A stretch of DNA of 62,859 nt, the filler included. It is 12 parts of 12 records of this genome, joined end to end, with 100 filler letters (N's around TTAATTAATTAA, not from the genome) between each part and the next. Parts side by side here need not be neighbours in the genome. Positions count along the whole stretch, not along the records: positions 32,415 to 41,600 come from SRR7504441_6229; positions 41,701 to 44,963 come from SRR7504441_6232; 10 more parts are not named here. One strand, written 5' to 3'. Under the pieces are notes generated by a model. That model had not been told where the DNA came from, did no database searches, and saw only the letters and a list, made by a program, of their open reading frames with translations. Both the position numbers and the translations under genes were made by a program. Positions 32,415-45,063 of this stretch are shown here, piece after piece. The stretch's first letter is position 1. The number at the start of each line of letters is the position of its first letter.

Positions 32415-33221
32415 GCGACAACGAAGGCACGAGCCGGTCGGCTCCACACATCTTCGCTCGCCCTGCTTGGAAACAGGGCGGCGTGCTTCATGATGGTGAA
32501 CCAGTTTGAGAAAGCACTGCAGGATTGCAATGTTGCAGTGGCCTTGGACCACAGCTCCATCAAAGCACATCTAAGAGCTGGCAAATGTCATCTGATGCTT
32601 GGTGAACTGACACAGGCAGAGGAGTCTTACATGCAGGTGAAAGTGCTGGAACCACGGAACAAAACCTTGAAGCCAGATTTGAAGCTACTCAGAACTGTGC
32701 AGATGAGATTCGATCGCGCCAAGAAATTCGTTGAAGAAGGAGAGTTTCATAAAGCTGTGGTTAACCTACAAGAGGTTCTGGTCCATTGCACTGCTGCTGA
32801 GAGTATTCGCCTCATGCTAGCTCGACAAGCGTTGAGACAGGCTAAGCTGGAGGTCAAGAAGGCCCAAAGAAAGGATTACTATAAAATACTTGGTGTACCC
32901 AAAAGTGCAACAGAAGCCGAGCTCCGGAAAGCCTTCAGAAGGGCAGCCATTAAATGCCATCCTGACAAGGTGGCTCCGGAGGAAAGGCAAGCCGCTGAAG
33001 ATAGGTTCAAGGAGCTGAACGAAGCGCACGAGCTGCTAACAAACAAAGAGACCCGGCATCGGTATGACAGCGGGCAGGATCTAGAGATGGATGGAATGGG
33101 ATTTGGTGGCGGAATGGATATGAGTGATCTATTTGCACAATTCTTTAGTGGAGGCGGCGGAGGTGGTGGCACCAGTGGCTGCACGCGAGGGGGGCATGGT
33201 TTTACGTTTCACTTTGCGTGA
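32415..33221 (+). CDS. DNAJC7: TPR plus J-domain co-chaperone, DNAJC7-like, 5' truncated
   Basis: GNRAACFMM...ALQDC TPRs; AKLEVKKAQRKDYYKILG, HPDK, G/F-rich tail. Confidence 0.85.
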   Translation, partial: ATTKARAGRLHTSSLALLGNRAACFMMVNQFEKALQDCNVAVALDHSSIKAHLRAGKCHLMLGELTQAEESYMQVKVLEPRNKTLKPDLKLLRTVQMRFDRAKKFVEEGEFHKAVVNLQEVLVHCTAAESIRLMLARQALRQAKLEVKKAQRKDYYKILGVPKSATEAELRKAFRRAAIKCHPDKVAPEERQAAEDRFKELNEAHELLTNKETRHRYDSGQDLEMDGMGFGGGMDMSDLFAQFFSGGGGGGGTSGCTRGGHGFTFHFA

Positions 33222-33586
33222 CCTAGCATGACCCGGCTTTGAAACTTCGGATGAGGCGAAACAGCTCAATGATCACAGCGTCCTAGCACCAATGCCAATC
33301 GTCTGTACAATAGTAGTTATAGTACTGTGCTAACAACCCGAATTTAGAGCTAGAGCGTCAAGATTTCTAAAATCCAATGCTCTTCCGCTGTTAGGATTTA
33401 AGCGGAGCGGTACAGACTGGCATACCAAGCACTGTATGAGTACCATATATACTCGTACGTATACGGTACGTACAAAGCTAATTATATATAACGAAGGTAC
33501 GGTACGAGTACGGTACACACTCGCCAATCGTTCTAATTATTAAATCGATTTAGAGACGGCACACCATGCGGGGCGCTGCGCTAGGT

Positions 33587-34165
33587 TTAGGATGGGTCAG
33601 TGTAGGTGCTACGGCAGTTCTCCTCGTAGGGATGGAAAGATATAGCCTTGCCGTCCTCGTCCCGGCCTGCCCAGACTCGGCCCAGCACACATCGGCGGCA
33701 CCTAGTGGCTCCTCGATGTTACACCAGATGGTGGTGCCCGGCGGAAACTTAAAGTCCCTGACCCGCTTCAGGTGAGCCTCCTTATCCACCGTTCTGCCCG
33801 GCAGACAGTGAATTATCTGGCGTCCGCACGAGACAGCCGCACCTATCAAACAAGTCGACGATCTTCTGGTCCTCGCCGTCAAGGTACTTGGCGTAGAGTT
33901 TACCCAGTTCCATCGGATGCTGCCCCACCTGCAGGCTCGGGCTCAGCAGTAGTCCGCCATAGGCCCCGCCGACCTTGGCTGCCACGCCGACCAGGTAGTG
34001 TTGCACTTGCACCTCCGCGTCGCTCGGCAGGTTCAGGTAGATGGTGGTGGTGTTGTAGCTGTGCCCCCAGTCTCCCAGGACGGGCTGGGCCGCGCACCGA
34101 GGAGCCATGAACTGGATGGCCTGCAGCGTGCGCACCCGGATCTTCACAGGTCGCAGCACCCCCAT
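33587..34165 (-). CDS. Small uncharacterised protein, ~3 introns
   Basis: MGVLRPVKIRVRTLQ...DLFDR|TVDKEAHLKRVRDFKFPPGTTIWCNIEEPLG|RDEDGK...DPS*; 3' end uncertain (33550 if the last intron is not used). Confidence 0.55.
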
Positions 34166-34432
34166 TACGTTAACTCTGCCACATGCACAACCTCCGTAGA
34201 GCTTTGCAGTGTTGTTGACTACGCCGTACAGTATACTGACGCCGTACCTCGTACCAGTAGGCTAGCCTTCAATTCGGCGCCGGCTGTAGAGGTCGTCACG
34301 GTGACTACACGGTGACGGAAACTCAGTTTATATCATTGGTACAAATAACACCAGTTACATCGATCAGTACAGTATGGTTGACATGTACGAGTAGATTGAT
34401 CAAAATTAATCATTCATGCGTCATTGACGTGA

Positions 34433-36041
34433 TCACTTTAGCTTTGTCTTTTTGGAGCCTAGCTGCTTATGTGAGGCAAACTTGGCGCCCATCCCGAGTT
34501 GTTGTTGCACTTCCAAGCAGCCGATCGATTTGAGGAAGTTGTAATAGACCTTCACCCGCACCGATCAACCCTAGCCCATTCAACCGCATGCCACCTTTGA
34601 CGAGCGCGGGTCCTCCCCGAAGAAGGAACCTGCCCGTCCCCGTCACCCCCTCCCCTTGCCCGCGCACACCATGCTCGCCCGGCATCGAGCTTGAGAAGCT
34701 CTTGCGGAAGTCTGCCAGCTTGGCGTCCGCTGCACAGGCAAACACTGCGGCCTCAGCCTTGGCGCGGCCTTCCGGCAGCTTTAACTCGACTCCTCGCGTG
34801 CTCATCCCCAACTTGCTCATTACTACCCTCAGCTCCTGCCTGACGCTCCGACCCAGACAAGACTAGCCAGCCACCCGTTCCCACAGCCCGGCGATCCACT
34901 GCTTGGACTGGCAGTTGGCTACAAGTGCATCAAAGTGCGCCTGACCAGCAGCTGGCCGAGCCCGGCAGGGGCGGGCACCTGAACAAGCCCCTGAGCGAAC
35001 TCTGCGGGCATCATGTGGTCCTCTCGGGCCCAGAGCACGAAGAAGTGCCCCCGTATCTCGCCAGCCTTCCGCTGGTTGTCGTACCCGTCAGTCAGAACCT
35101 GCCCAGTCCACTAAGCGGGACCAGCCGGCTTCGCACCCCAGGGAAGTGAGCGTCCTCGATGTCCGTTGGGAAGCACCGGGTAGCCACGCCAGCGGCCACC
35201 CAGGCAGGCAGCAGCGGCGAGACCAGCGAGGCTGAGTTGGCTGCCATCACTTCGGCCGAGGGGAAGGTCTGATCTACAGTGCAGTGCACGCCCGGTCTGA
35301 GCACAGCAGCCGCACAGGCGAGCGCGCCCCCGATGGACACCCCATGAAGCACAATCTTATGCCGGGGCACCGCGTGCAGGCATTCCAACCAGTCCACAGC
35401 TGCGTATGCGTCAGCGTAGCTGCTGAGCTCGGTGGTGTCGCCCTCAGATCCAGCGTATCCGCCCATCGTCACCAGCAGAGCAGACATGTTGGCCACTTTG
35501 AAGTACCAGAGCCCCCAGGCCACCATGTCCAGGCAGGTCGCGCTGTTCGGATGGAATATCTGTCCGGCCGGCTCGCCAGCCGCCCAGCCCGCCGCCCACC
35601 GCCACTGCCCCGTGTCTAGCCGCTGGCTTGTTCTCTATCCAGATCGCGTCCAGCTTCCGCCCGTCGGTCGTGACCACCTGCCAGCGGCTCGCCCCCGGCT
35701 CGATCGCCCAGCACCTTGGCAGGCACCCCGCAGCTGTGCTCCTGAATCACCCGGCGCCACTCCTCGGCCGACTCGAAGCTGGCCTCCAGCCCCCGTATTC
35801 GGAACAAATCCTGCTCGGTCAGCCCCTTGGCCACGTAGAACGTGCTATTCCGCAGCACCTTGGCCAGCCCCGAGCCGCTGGACGGGTCCGGCGCCTCCGA
35901 TGGCCCTGGCGACCCGGCGCCGTAGCTGCTGATGATACCCGGCAGAGAGCTGATGTGTGGTAGCCTCTGCTGGGTAGCCGGGAGCATGTCTGACGGCTCG
36001 GGCTTCCCCCGGTCCACGCACGGCCGGCCTATGTTCCCCAT
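34433..36041 (-). CDS. Alpha/beta hydrolase (ABHD12/13/16-like), multiple introns
   Basis: TTDGRKLDAIW, IFHPNS, GYAGSEG, IVLHGVSIGG nucleophile, WAREDHMM (Asp), GEH|GSFF (His); MGN N-terminus. Confidence 0.85.
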
Positions 36042-36064
36042 AGGCGGTGCAGTGTTCGGAGCTG

Positions 36065-36071
36065 TCCGTTG
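36065..36071. promoter_or_regulatory. YAACGGA motif in divergent promoter
   Basis: TCCGTTG in the 101-bp gap between ATGs at 36041(-) and 36143(+). Confidence 0.5.
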
Positions 36072-36142
36072 GCAGCGAGGCGCCAAGTCCGTGGTGGGTG
36101 GGTTGAGGGCAGCGACTCCTCCCCCAGGCACTCGGTGAGCCG

Positions 36143-38217
36143 ATGAACAACAAGGTGGCGGGCGCTACGGCCCGGCTCACTCGGCAGCAGGGCGGCTTCT
36201 TCAGCCGGCTGTTCGGCACCGCCGATGAGGCGGCCGAGCCTGCCGCGGAACCAGCGGCCCAGCGCTCCCGCATAGGCAGCTTGTTCTCACGGTGGATACG
36301 GCGGTCGGGTCCAGCCGAGCCGGCCCGGCAGGTCTGGAAGGAACGCGCCCGGGGCGCCTCGCCGGGTGAACTCTACGACGGTGCGCGGGGCTCAGTACCC
36401 GCCGCCAACCGACACGGTTCCGGCGAGCTTCCCAGACGAGATCGCCCAGTGCGGCCGGGCTGGGGTCGGGCCGACTGGCTGGATCAGGGAATTGTCACCG
36501 GGGTCGACTCGGCAGGGCTGTGTGATCGGAGCCGGGATCGAAACGGGAGAAATGGTCACCCCAGAGCCGCAGAGCGCCGGTGCGCTGCCGTCGACGCAGG
36601 GTGGGGTTCACCGGTTTGCGGCCAGATCCGGCGCTTTCCCGGTCGTCGGAGCGGCTGCGAATAGATCCCTTCGGGGCTGTAAAGCCGCTGGAGAAGCAAA
36701 AGAGGTGATCGGTCTGTGAGGGGTGGGCTCACGACTGGCGCAGCGGTGAAACAATTCGCCGGTCGATGGACGGATCGTCGGAAGTGGAGGAGGAGGCGCA
36801 GTGGGTGCCGCAGGGGCTGGGTGACCGACTGTTAGATCAGGGCGGCACTGCCACCAAGGTGAGCCATCGTGCCACGCAGGCTGAGCACGGTCGGTATTTC
36901 AGGTGGCTAAGTTCCAGCGACTAATGTCGCAGCCGACTATAGACCTGAGCCAGCTGCGCCGGATCGCCTGGTCTGGCTGCCCATCTGAATTCCGCGTCAC
37001 GGCATGGCAACTTTTGCTCGGGTGTGAACACAGTGCATCGATTGCGGCCTCTGAGCAGGCTGGCAGGTATCTACCAGTCAATTCTGATAGGCGGCACGGC
37101 ACGCTGGAGCGGAAGCGGCGTGAATATCTGGACTTTGTGCCACAATATTTTGAGTCGGGGAACTGTGAACGTACTGAGTACGAGCAGGGAGTAAGATGAG
37201 CCGCGCCATCAGCCTGCGAGCGTGGAGCAGGTCTACAGACAAATTAAAGTCGACTGCCCTCGTACCAGCCCAAATGTGCCGCTGTTCCAGGATGCGATCG
37301 CGCAGGAGGCACTGCTGCGGTGTGCTGGCGTGCTGCGCTGGCTGAGCGCTGGGCAGTGTGCTTTACATATGGGCCATCCGGCACCCAGGGAGCGGTTACG
37401 TCCAAGGGATCAATGACCTGCTCACTCCATTCTTTGTAGTCTTCCTCACGCCGTGCGCCACCCCATTGCCACGTATCCACTCCAGCGGGCAGGTATGTGG
37501 ACGACATAGCTAGCTGCAACCTGGCAGAACTCCCGCCTGGTGTGATCCAGGTCGCCCAGCGCCGCCTGGGCCTGGCCAATCAGCGGCAGGTTGTGGAGGC
37601 GGATGCCTATTGGTGCCTGACAAAGCTGCTAGACGGCATTCAGGCGAGCTGCACCTCTGCTCGGGCTCGAACGGCTGGGCAGGACCACTACACGTTTGCG
37701 CAGCCCGGGATTCAGCGGATGGTATTTGAGCTCAAGAACTTGATGCGCCGAATCAACCAGCCGCTGCACGACCACCTGGAGGAGCAGGGGCTCCAGTTCA
37801 TTCAGTTTACATTCCGTTGGATGAACTGCCTGCTCATGCGTGAGCTGCCGCTCGAGCATATCGTCCGGCTATGGGATACATACCTCTCAGAAGAGGACGT
37901 AAGCCCTGCCTCCGCCCCAGCCCGTCAGCCGGCCGGTAGGGATTCTCGCGGTTCCATGTGTATGTGTGCGCCGCCTTCCTGGAACATTGGGCAGCTGAGT
38001 TGATCGGACTGGTATGTGATGGCCAGATGGGGTGGGTGTCAATGTTGGGTGGCAGGAGTTCCAGGATCTTGTCATCTACTTGCAACATTTGCCCACCAAG
38101 GACTGGGGGGCAGACGAGCTAGACACGCTGCTGTCCAAGGCGTTTGTGCTCAAGCATCAATTTGAGGGCGCGCAACACCACTTGGTGTCTGAGGAGCCAG
38201 TGGGGACCCCGAACTAG
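36143..38217 (+). CDS. TBC1D22: Rab GTPase-activating protein, TBC1D22/GYP1 family, many introns
   Basis: DLSQLRRIAWSGCP, QIKVDCPRT, WAIRHPGSGYVQGINDL, EADAYWCLTKLLDGIQ|DHYTFAQPGIQ, FRWMNCLLMRE, RLWDTYLSE. Confidence 0.93.
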
Positions 38218-38436
38218 CAAGCTCAGGTGAAGACAGCCGCACGAGTTTGAATGCTAATCAATTGGTGGACCCAATAAAAATGCATGTATATAATTATTAC
38301 TTAAATTGTTGCATGCATATGTAGTGGTGCGTGTGTTGTCGGTGCAGAGACGTAGCAGTAGCGCGGTGCGTACTAGGTGCTTACCCGAGTAGTACCCTTG
38401 GAAGGGCCGCCGATGTACTCGATTACTTTGACTATT

Positions 38437-39119
38437 TTAATTATTAATCGCTGGCAATTTCAAAGCGTCAGGAGCTCCGTTCTTGTCAGTCGATTCTTCG
38501 TATGTTGATTCGACATAATCGCTATCAGTATACCGGCCACGGCCTATGCGGCTAGACCAATTCATTACCTCCTTTGCCATCTTGTCGACTTGGGTGCCAC
38601 CCTGTTTGCTTGAAAGCTTTGATTGCCTGATGTGCGAGAAGCCGCCGCTGCTCTCAGGATGTCTCTTATGTGAGCCTTGCACCTCTGGAAATCGTGATTT
38701 CAAGGGATTCTTTTTCTGCGCTAATTGATCTACACTCTGTTCTTGGCTATTGAGATTCTTATAGTAATCCGGATTGACGAATCCAACCCTCCCTGCAGTG
38801 TGCTCTGCCGTCTGCCCCCTCGTAGTGCCTTGTTGCCCCCACTGTGCCTGATTCCGGTCATGTACCCGCCCGGAGAGCTCAGCTGGGCCCAGTGCAGCTC
38901 GCGCCTGATTGTAGCTCACTGGGGAGAGGGGAGCCTCCGCGTCCATCCCAGGATACCAGAACTCGCTGGGCGAGGAGGTGCCCTGGGCCCGGCTGGCCGC
39001 GGGCTCCTCCGCGATCTCGCTCATCGAGCACCGAGCGACCGGCGCCGCTGACCCCGGCGCAGGGTCGGAGTTCCCGAGGTGCTGGGCGGCGCACACCCCA
39101 GCCCCTGGACCGGCGGCAT
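38437..39119 (-). CDS. Uncharacterised hydrophilic protein
   Basis: Long open frame ending ...LKLPAINN*; start uncertain (39024 or 39119). Confidence 0.55.
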
Positions 39120-39261
39120 CCTTGCCTGGGGGAGGCAGGTATTCCTGGCTGGATCCGTTGCCAGCAGCTGCAGCGGCACAACTGCCACCTGAGCTGTCCA
39201 CAAGGGCCGTGACGTGGACGTGCTCTAGGAGAACTAGGTCATCCAGAGGGTCCTACACACA

Positions 39262-41221
39262 ATGCAGGACGACGGGGAGCCAATGATCGCGGGCTCCCCG
39301 ATGCAGTCCCAGGCCTTCTCGCGGGCAGAGACCGAATCGCGCGGGGCCGCCATCGCAGACCTGCAGGCCAGGCTGGCCAGCACTGAGGCCAAGCTGGAGC
39401 AGGCCGGGAAGGCACGCCTGGGCCTGGGGCCAGGGGGCGAGCTGGGGGTGCAGTTTGGGCTGGGACTGCTGGAGAAGATCCGCACGCTGGAGCAAAGCCT
39501 GGAGCAGGCGCACGAGCAGGCACCCCCCCCCCGCCGCCTGCCGATGCGAGCCGCCGGGGTAGACGGCCCGTGAGAAGGAAGCCGCGGCAGCGCAGGCCAA
39601 GCGGTGCGGACAGCTAGAGGAGCAGCTGGGCAAACGCGAGGCTTACACAGCCCGGTTGGCTTCAGACTTGGACGAGGCTCAGCAGGCACTCGATGAGGCC
39701 ACGGCCGCCGCCAAGCAGGCCGAATCCTCCGAGGAAAGGGCCAGGAAGAAGGCGGCCGAGCTGGCGCTATCGCGGAACGATTCGAGGAGGCGGCTCGAGG
39801 GGGAGGCAGCGGAGACGAGCGACCAGCTGCTGCAGGCTCAGACCGAGGCCCGGCGTCTGCGGGCCGAGCTGCGGGCGAAAGCGGATGAAGTGCGGGGAGT
39901 GGAGGACTTCAACCAGCAGCTGCAGACCTCCACCCAGGCGGCAGAGCGGAAGGTGGCGGTGCTCGAAGCCCGACTGTCCGAGGCCCGGGCCAAGATCCGA
40001 GAGGAAGCAGCCAGGGCCGAGGCCGGGAACGAGCGCGAAATGGAACTGGCCAGGGACAGAGCCCGGCTGACCTCGATGAACGAATCGATGCTCCGAGAGC
40101 TGGACCGATTGCACCAGGCGGCAGCCGAGGCGGATCAGTTGGCCGCGTCCATGTCAGTGCCGGACTCTCCGATGATCATGGGCAACCCTGGTGAGAATCT
40201 GATGAGTCAGCTGCAGGAGCAGGCAGCCGGACTCAGAATCCCGCGGACCAGCGGGCTCTCGCCGCGCTCAAGTGAGGAGATCTCAGCGGCAATGTCGCCG
40301 GCTCAGAAGTTCAAGGCCCAGCGGGAGGGCTGGTCGGCAGCCACAGTGGGTGCTGTGGCAGATGACGGCACATCAGGCGATGTGAGTCGGGCGATAGATG
40401 CTGCGAGAGAATTCTTCTACATGAGCGTCCAGACAGTGATCATCGCCAGGACCAACCCTTCGAAGATGGCCCAGGAGCAGCAGGCCGAGATGCAGCTCGA
40501 GCAGCTCGAAGCGAGCTTCAAGACAGCCGCTGCGCTGGCTCAGGCCTCGGGAGCATACAATGACCCGCACCTTTATGGATTATTTAAGCAGGCCACTGAT
40601 GGCCCGTGCAACGTGGACAAGCCTTCGATCTGGCAGCAGATCCGCAGGCGCAAGTGGCACGCGTGGCACGAGCTGGGCGAGATGGGCACACAGGTCGCCA
40701 AGAGACAATACGTCGACTTGGTGGCCCAACTCTCGCCCTCCTGGGACACCCCGACCGGGCTCGCCCGCCTATCCGAGCAGCAGCCTGACGACGCCACTTC
40801 GTACTACTTCCTGACCCACCGCGCAATTGACGCCATGTACAAGCATGTGCGCGCGCAGGGGATTCCAATGCAGGACTGGCACACGTGGATTGAGAACCGG
40901 CTGGACACCAGCGTGTCGCGCTACCTCGGAATGGGCGAGGAGGAACGCGAGGTGCACAAGGCCCGGCTGGCCAGCCCGGAGCAGTTTGGCGGCAATCCGC
41001 AGGCGCTGGCATTACTCTCTCCGGAGCGCGAGGGTGCAGAAGATGACACTGGACCGCGGATCAAGAGGGCGGACTCTTCTACAGTGATTGCGGCAATGAT
41101 AGCGGGAATCATTACAGAGGAGGAGCTCACTTGCTTAAGCCCGAGGACGCCCGAGCAGGAGTTTAGGCAGGCTGGGTTTGAGATCGAGGCTGGCGATACC
41201 CAGTTTGGCCACAGTGTGTGA
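39262..41221 (+). CDS. Coiled-coil protein with acyl-CoA-binding (ACBP) domain, 2 GC-AG introns
   Basis: LEQAGK|FGLGLLE N-terminal motif; long coiled coil; LYGLFKQATDGPCNVDKPSIW...KWHAWHELGEM...AKRQYVDLV ACBP signature. Confidence 0.85.
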
Positions 41222-41702
41222 ATTACTTGTACTTTTTTTAGCACTGTTGCCAATCGAACCGGGTGTCGGCAGTCGCGTTCTCAGAGCTAGCTTCCCTAGG
41301 ATGAGAAGGTAACCTTCCTACCTGTAACCTGTGGTGCCTTGGAAGTATGCGTACCTTAGAGCACCGCAAAGTGAGAAAGGTTTTATTGTATAAATGGTTT
41401 CTAGATCGCTAAGGCGAACTAAATCCAGCTTCAGTTGATAAAAGTGTAGCTACTGTGAGCTACCTGTGAGCACACTCGTACACCGGTCGGTCGACACTGG
41501 CTAGGCGTAAGCTAGGCGCTTGATCCGCCAGTACTTAATTAATTGTTACAAGTCTTTATGTGCGTACACATTTCTGGGCCGGGTGTGTGCTTTTTGGTGC
41601 NNNNNNNNNNNNNNNNNNNNNNNNNNNNNNNNNNNNNNNNNNNNTTAATTAATTAANNNNNNNNNNNNNNNNNNNNNNNNNNNNNNNNNNNNNNNNNNNN
41701 AG

Positions 41703-41954
41703 CGTGACAAATTAGAACATTGCACTGAGCAACATCGACCAGAAATCGAGAAGAGAGTTAAAAACCTCGAGGACGAACTCGATCAACTGAGAGCGAAGGC
41801 TAGCCAGCAGTCGATTGCGGCAAGCTCGAAGGTGCGGGATCAGCGTATGAAAGAGGCGGTGGTCACCCGCAAGTATGCTGAGCGCTGCTTTAGAATCGAA
41901 GATGCTGAGCGCGTACGACGTGCAATTGGATTAACGTGCAATTGGATCAATTGA
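41703..41954 (+). CDS. 3' end of a coiled-coil protein
   Basis: RDKLEHCTEQHRPEIEKRVKNLEDELDQLR...WIN* open from the contig start. Confidence 0.5.
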   Translation, partial: RDKLEHCTEQHRPEIEKRVKNLEDELDQLRAKASQQSIAASSKVRDQRMKEAVVTRKYAERCFRIEDAERVRRAIGLTCNWIN

Positions 41955-42263
41955 TACAGCATGAATACATTATGACATTCGTGGGTCTATCGTGTGACAT
42001 TCAAGGTGATAATACGTACATGTAAATCAGCTATTAATTGATAAATTATTAATTTATCGAATCAAGAAGAACGTGTACATGCAGTCATCGTAGTGCTCAT
42101 CGAGACGATGATCAATGTACTTGTCCAAGGTGACTGGTTCTGGCCGTCTGCATAATTATGAGCTATTCATACTCTGCGCCCAGTGGCTCCTTCGCTGAAT
42201 CGCCCTTGCAGCATTCGTGATACACGCCAGACAGGTCCTTCCACCAAACACCAAAGAGCCAAA

Positions 42264-44963
42264 TCAAAGCTTGGCAGCAGGCTGGTAGTAGTCGCGAATG
42301 AGCCCGCAGACCCGCTTGACTTCCTGCCCGAATCGTCATCACCACCCACCGCTCTAGCCAGGCACCTCATCAGACAGTTTTGAAGAAGAAGGCAACCAGA
42401 GTCCGTGTGTCGCGACCTGCTGCATGCTCAAACCGAAAGGTCGGCGCGGCGGCACTTGGGTGGTCTGAGGGAAAGCTTGCCCGTGCTGCGGGTGGTCATC
42501 GTACGCTTGCTGGGTGTGGATCGGAGGATACACTTTCCTATCGCTCCGGTCAGGCCGGCTCGAGGATCGCAATGCCTTGTGCCCACACGGTGCTGCTTCA
42601 GGTGAGCTGCCAGCCCGTCCCGATCGGGCACGTACACATCCACAAACCACGGGATCCATCCGGGTTCCTGCAGGTGGTGCCGCGGCATTTGCACCTACAC
42701 CGCCAGGCTGGGCAGCCCGCAGTGCGTGGCTCGGCACCTGGGGAATGGCCTCGAGTTCTCGGAAGTAGAGCAGCCAGATCTGACGCATACGGTTCACCCG
42801 CCACGGCAGCTTGTGCATCTGCTCAATCCCAACTACCGCCTGCATCCCAATCTAACCCCAGGCGCCCACGGCCAGCGATCACCTGCATGTCGGTGAATTT
42901 AAAGTTCCAGCCGATCACTTCGTGCGTGTCGGTGCCACCGGCGGCCCGACCAAAGTCCTTGATCTTACTGCACACACACTGTCAGGCCCAGCCACACGCC
43001 GCTGGCTTGCCGGATCCGTGCGGCCACGCCGTCATCGTTCGTGACCAGCGCCCCGCCCTGGCCAGTCGAGATGATCTTGGGCGACGAAAAAGAGAAGCTG
43101 CCCACATCCCCGAAAGTGCCAAGATGTTTGCCGTGATGGAAAGACCCGAGTGCCTGCGCCGAGTCCTCGACCAGGGGGAGCCGATGCTCGGCGCAGAGCG
43201 CTACGAGCCGGGCGATGTCGTTGGATCGCGCGTTCATCGAGACGTGGATCACAGCCTTGGGTCTGACAGAGCCTATCATGCTCGACACCTTGTCGATGTC
43301 GATGCAGTAGGTATCGGGCTCCACATCCACGAACACAGGCTCCGCCCCAAGCAGCTTGCAGCAATTGGCCGTGGCCACCTACCCGGTCTGACCGGATGCG
43401 CCGGGTGGGGTGCCGCACCATGCTCCAATCCGGCACAAGCACCTTGTCGCCAGCCCCGACTCCGACAGCTGCGAGTGCAATCGAAAGAGACACCGTGCCG
43501 TTATTCACCGCGATGCAGTGCTTGGCACCCACATACCTGCCGGGTGGTCAGTGCCGGCAGTCAGCAGGTGCAGACTGCGCAATCATGGACTCGAACTGGC
43601 GCGTCTGGCGAAACTCTGTCAGGTATCCTCCGGAGAGCATATACTGGTGCATTGCGTCGGCCTCGGACGAATCAAACCAGGGCGCCATCTGCGGCAGCCC
43701 CGGCGGGCCGCTCGGCTGGACGGCCTTCTCTCTGGCCATGTCCTACACAGACAGTCAACGCCCGGATAGCCACACATTAAAGTAGCAAGTGTTATGTATA
43801 CGGGTTAGTAAGTATTATGACTACGGGCGCGTACCTTCAAGATCCAGTCAAACGTCCTGCGCATGCCTTCCTCGAACGGGACTTGCGCCGTCCACCCCAG
43901 CACCGCCGCGGCCCGACTGGTCACGGCCACCCTCCCCCTGTCGCCCTCCGGCTTGCTACGGTCGAACTGAGCAGTGATCTGCTTGCCTCCCATCAACTCA
44001 GACGCCAGCCGCTGCACCACACTCGCCGCCTTCTTGAGCGTGACTGCCTGGCCGGTCCCAATTTGGACGACTCCCCGGTTGAGACCGCGCTCAGCAATCA
44101 AACAGAGCGCGCTGCACACGTCGTCAATATACAGGAAATCTCTATATTGCTCCCCAGAGCCCCACACGCTGAACGGTTCGGCAGGACTGAGGATGGCTTT
44201 GCGAATCAGCGACGGGAGCGCCTGCGAGCGCTCCGGCTGCCACGGGCTGCCCGGGCCGTAGACATTGTGCAGCCTGAGCAGCCCGACATTGATCGCCCCC
44301 GAGGCCTGTGCGAGCGCTGCCTCGTACTCTCCCATCAGCTTGCTCCAGCCGTAGGACGACTCGGGCTCGGCCGGGTAAGTCTTGTCCTCGTGGAGCGCCA
44401 CCACCCCGTCAGCTACCATCTGGAGGTGCTGGGGGAAGGAGCAGGCGGTGCCCACATAGACGTAGTTGGGCACTTTATTAGCCACACAGGCCCCGAGCAC
44501 GTTGGTGTTGATCAGCACGTTCTGTCGGAAGACGAACGGCTGGTGCGCGAAGACGAAGTCGACCCCGGCCACCACGTCGGCCAGATGGAACACAATGTCT
44601 ACGCCCTTGATCAGCCGGCGGCAGAGCACCGGGTCAGTGAGGTCAGCCTGGATGAACTGAGTGCTCAGGTCGATCAGCCCCTCGAGGTTGGCCTTCTTGC
44701 CCCGCCACAGGTTGTCCAGCACCATCACCGAGGCCTGGTACTTGTGCACCAGCAGACGGACGAAGTTGTGTCCAACAAACCCCGCTCCCCCAGTCACCAG
44801 CACCCGCGCCCCGGTCAGCCGGCAGCCGGTCGTGCTGGGCGCGTCCTGCTGCGCTCTGGTCCCGCCCACCTGCCCACAGCTCGGCCGGCCCGACCGGCGG
44901 CTGCTACCGGCGGCGGCGTCCAGCCTGGTAGTGTAGCCATCAGTGAGGTGATCTCGGAGGACT
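42264..44963 (-). CDS. GDP-mannose 3,5-epimerase-like SDR fused to DegT/DnrJ/EryC1/StrS aminotransferase, 10 introns
   Basis: VTGGAGFVG, FHLADVVAG, GTACSFP, PESSYGWSK, RLHNVYGP; a 92-nt GT-AG intron (43743-43834) joins FDWILK|DMAREK; then VNNGTVSL, VEDSAQALG, SFSSPKIISTGQGG, GWNFKFTDMQ, LWLPSS. Confidence 0.85.
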
Positions 44964-45063
44964 NNNNNNNNNNNNNNNNNNNNNNNNNNNNNNNNNNNNN
45001 NNNNNNNTTAATTAATTAANNNNNNNNNNNNNNNNNNNNNNNNNNNNNNNNNNNNNNNNNNNN

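Noticed and set aside
42264-44963. Bacterial contaminant O-antigen operon
   Set aside because: The genes contain ten spliceosomal introns of the same type as the rest of the genome.
42380-45019. Long antisense ORFs (42380-43780, 43817-45019; also 4128-5003, 9064-10056, 18554-19576)
   Set aside because: Shadow frames of GC-rich genes with Arg/Pro/Ala-rich translations and no recognisable motifs.
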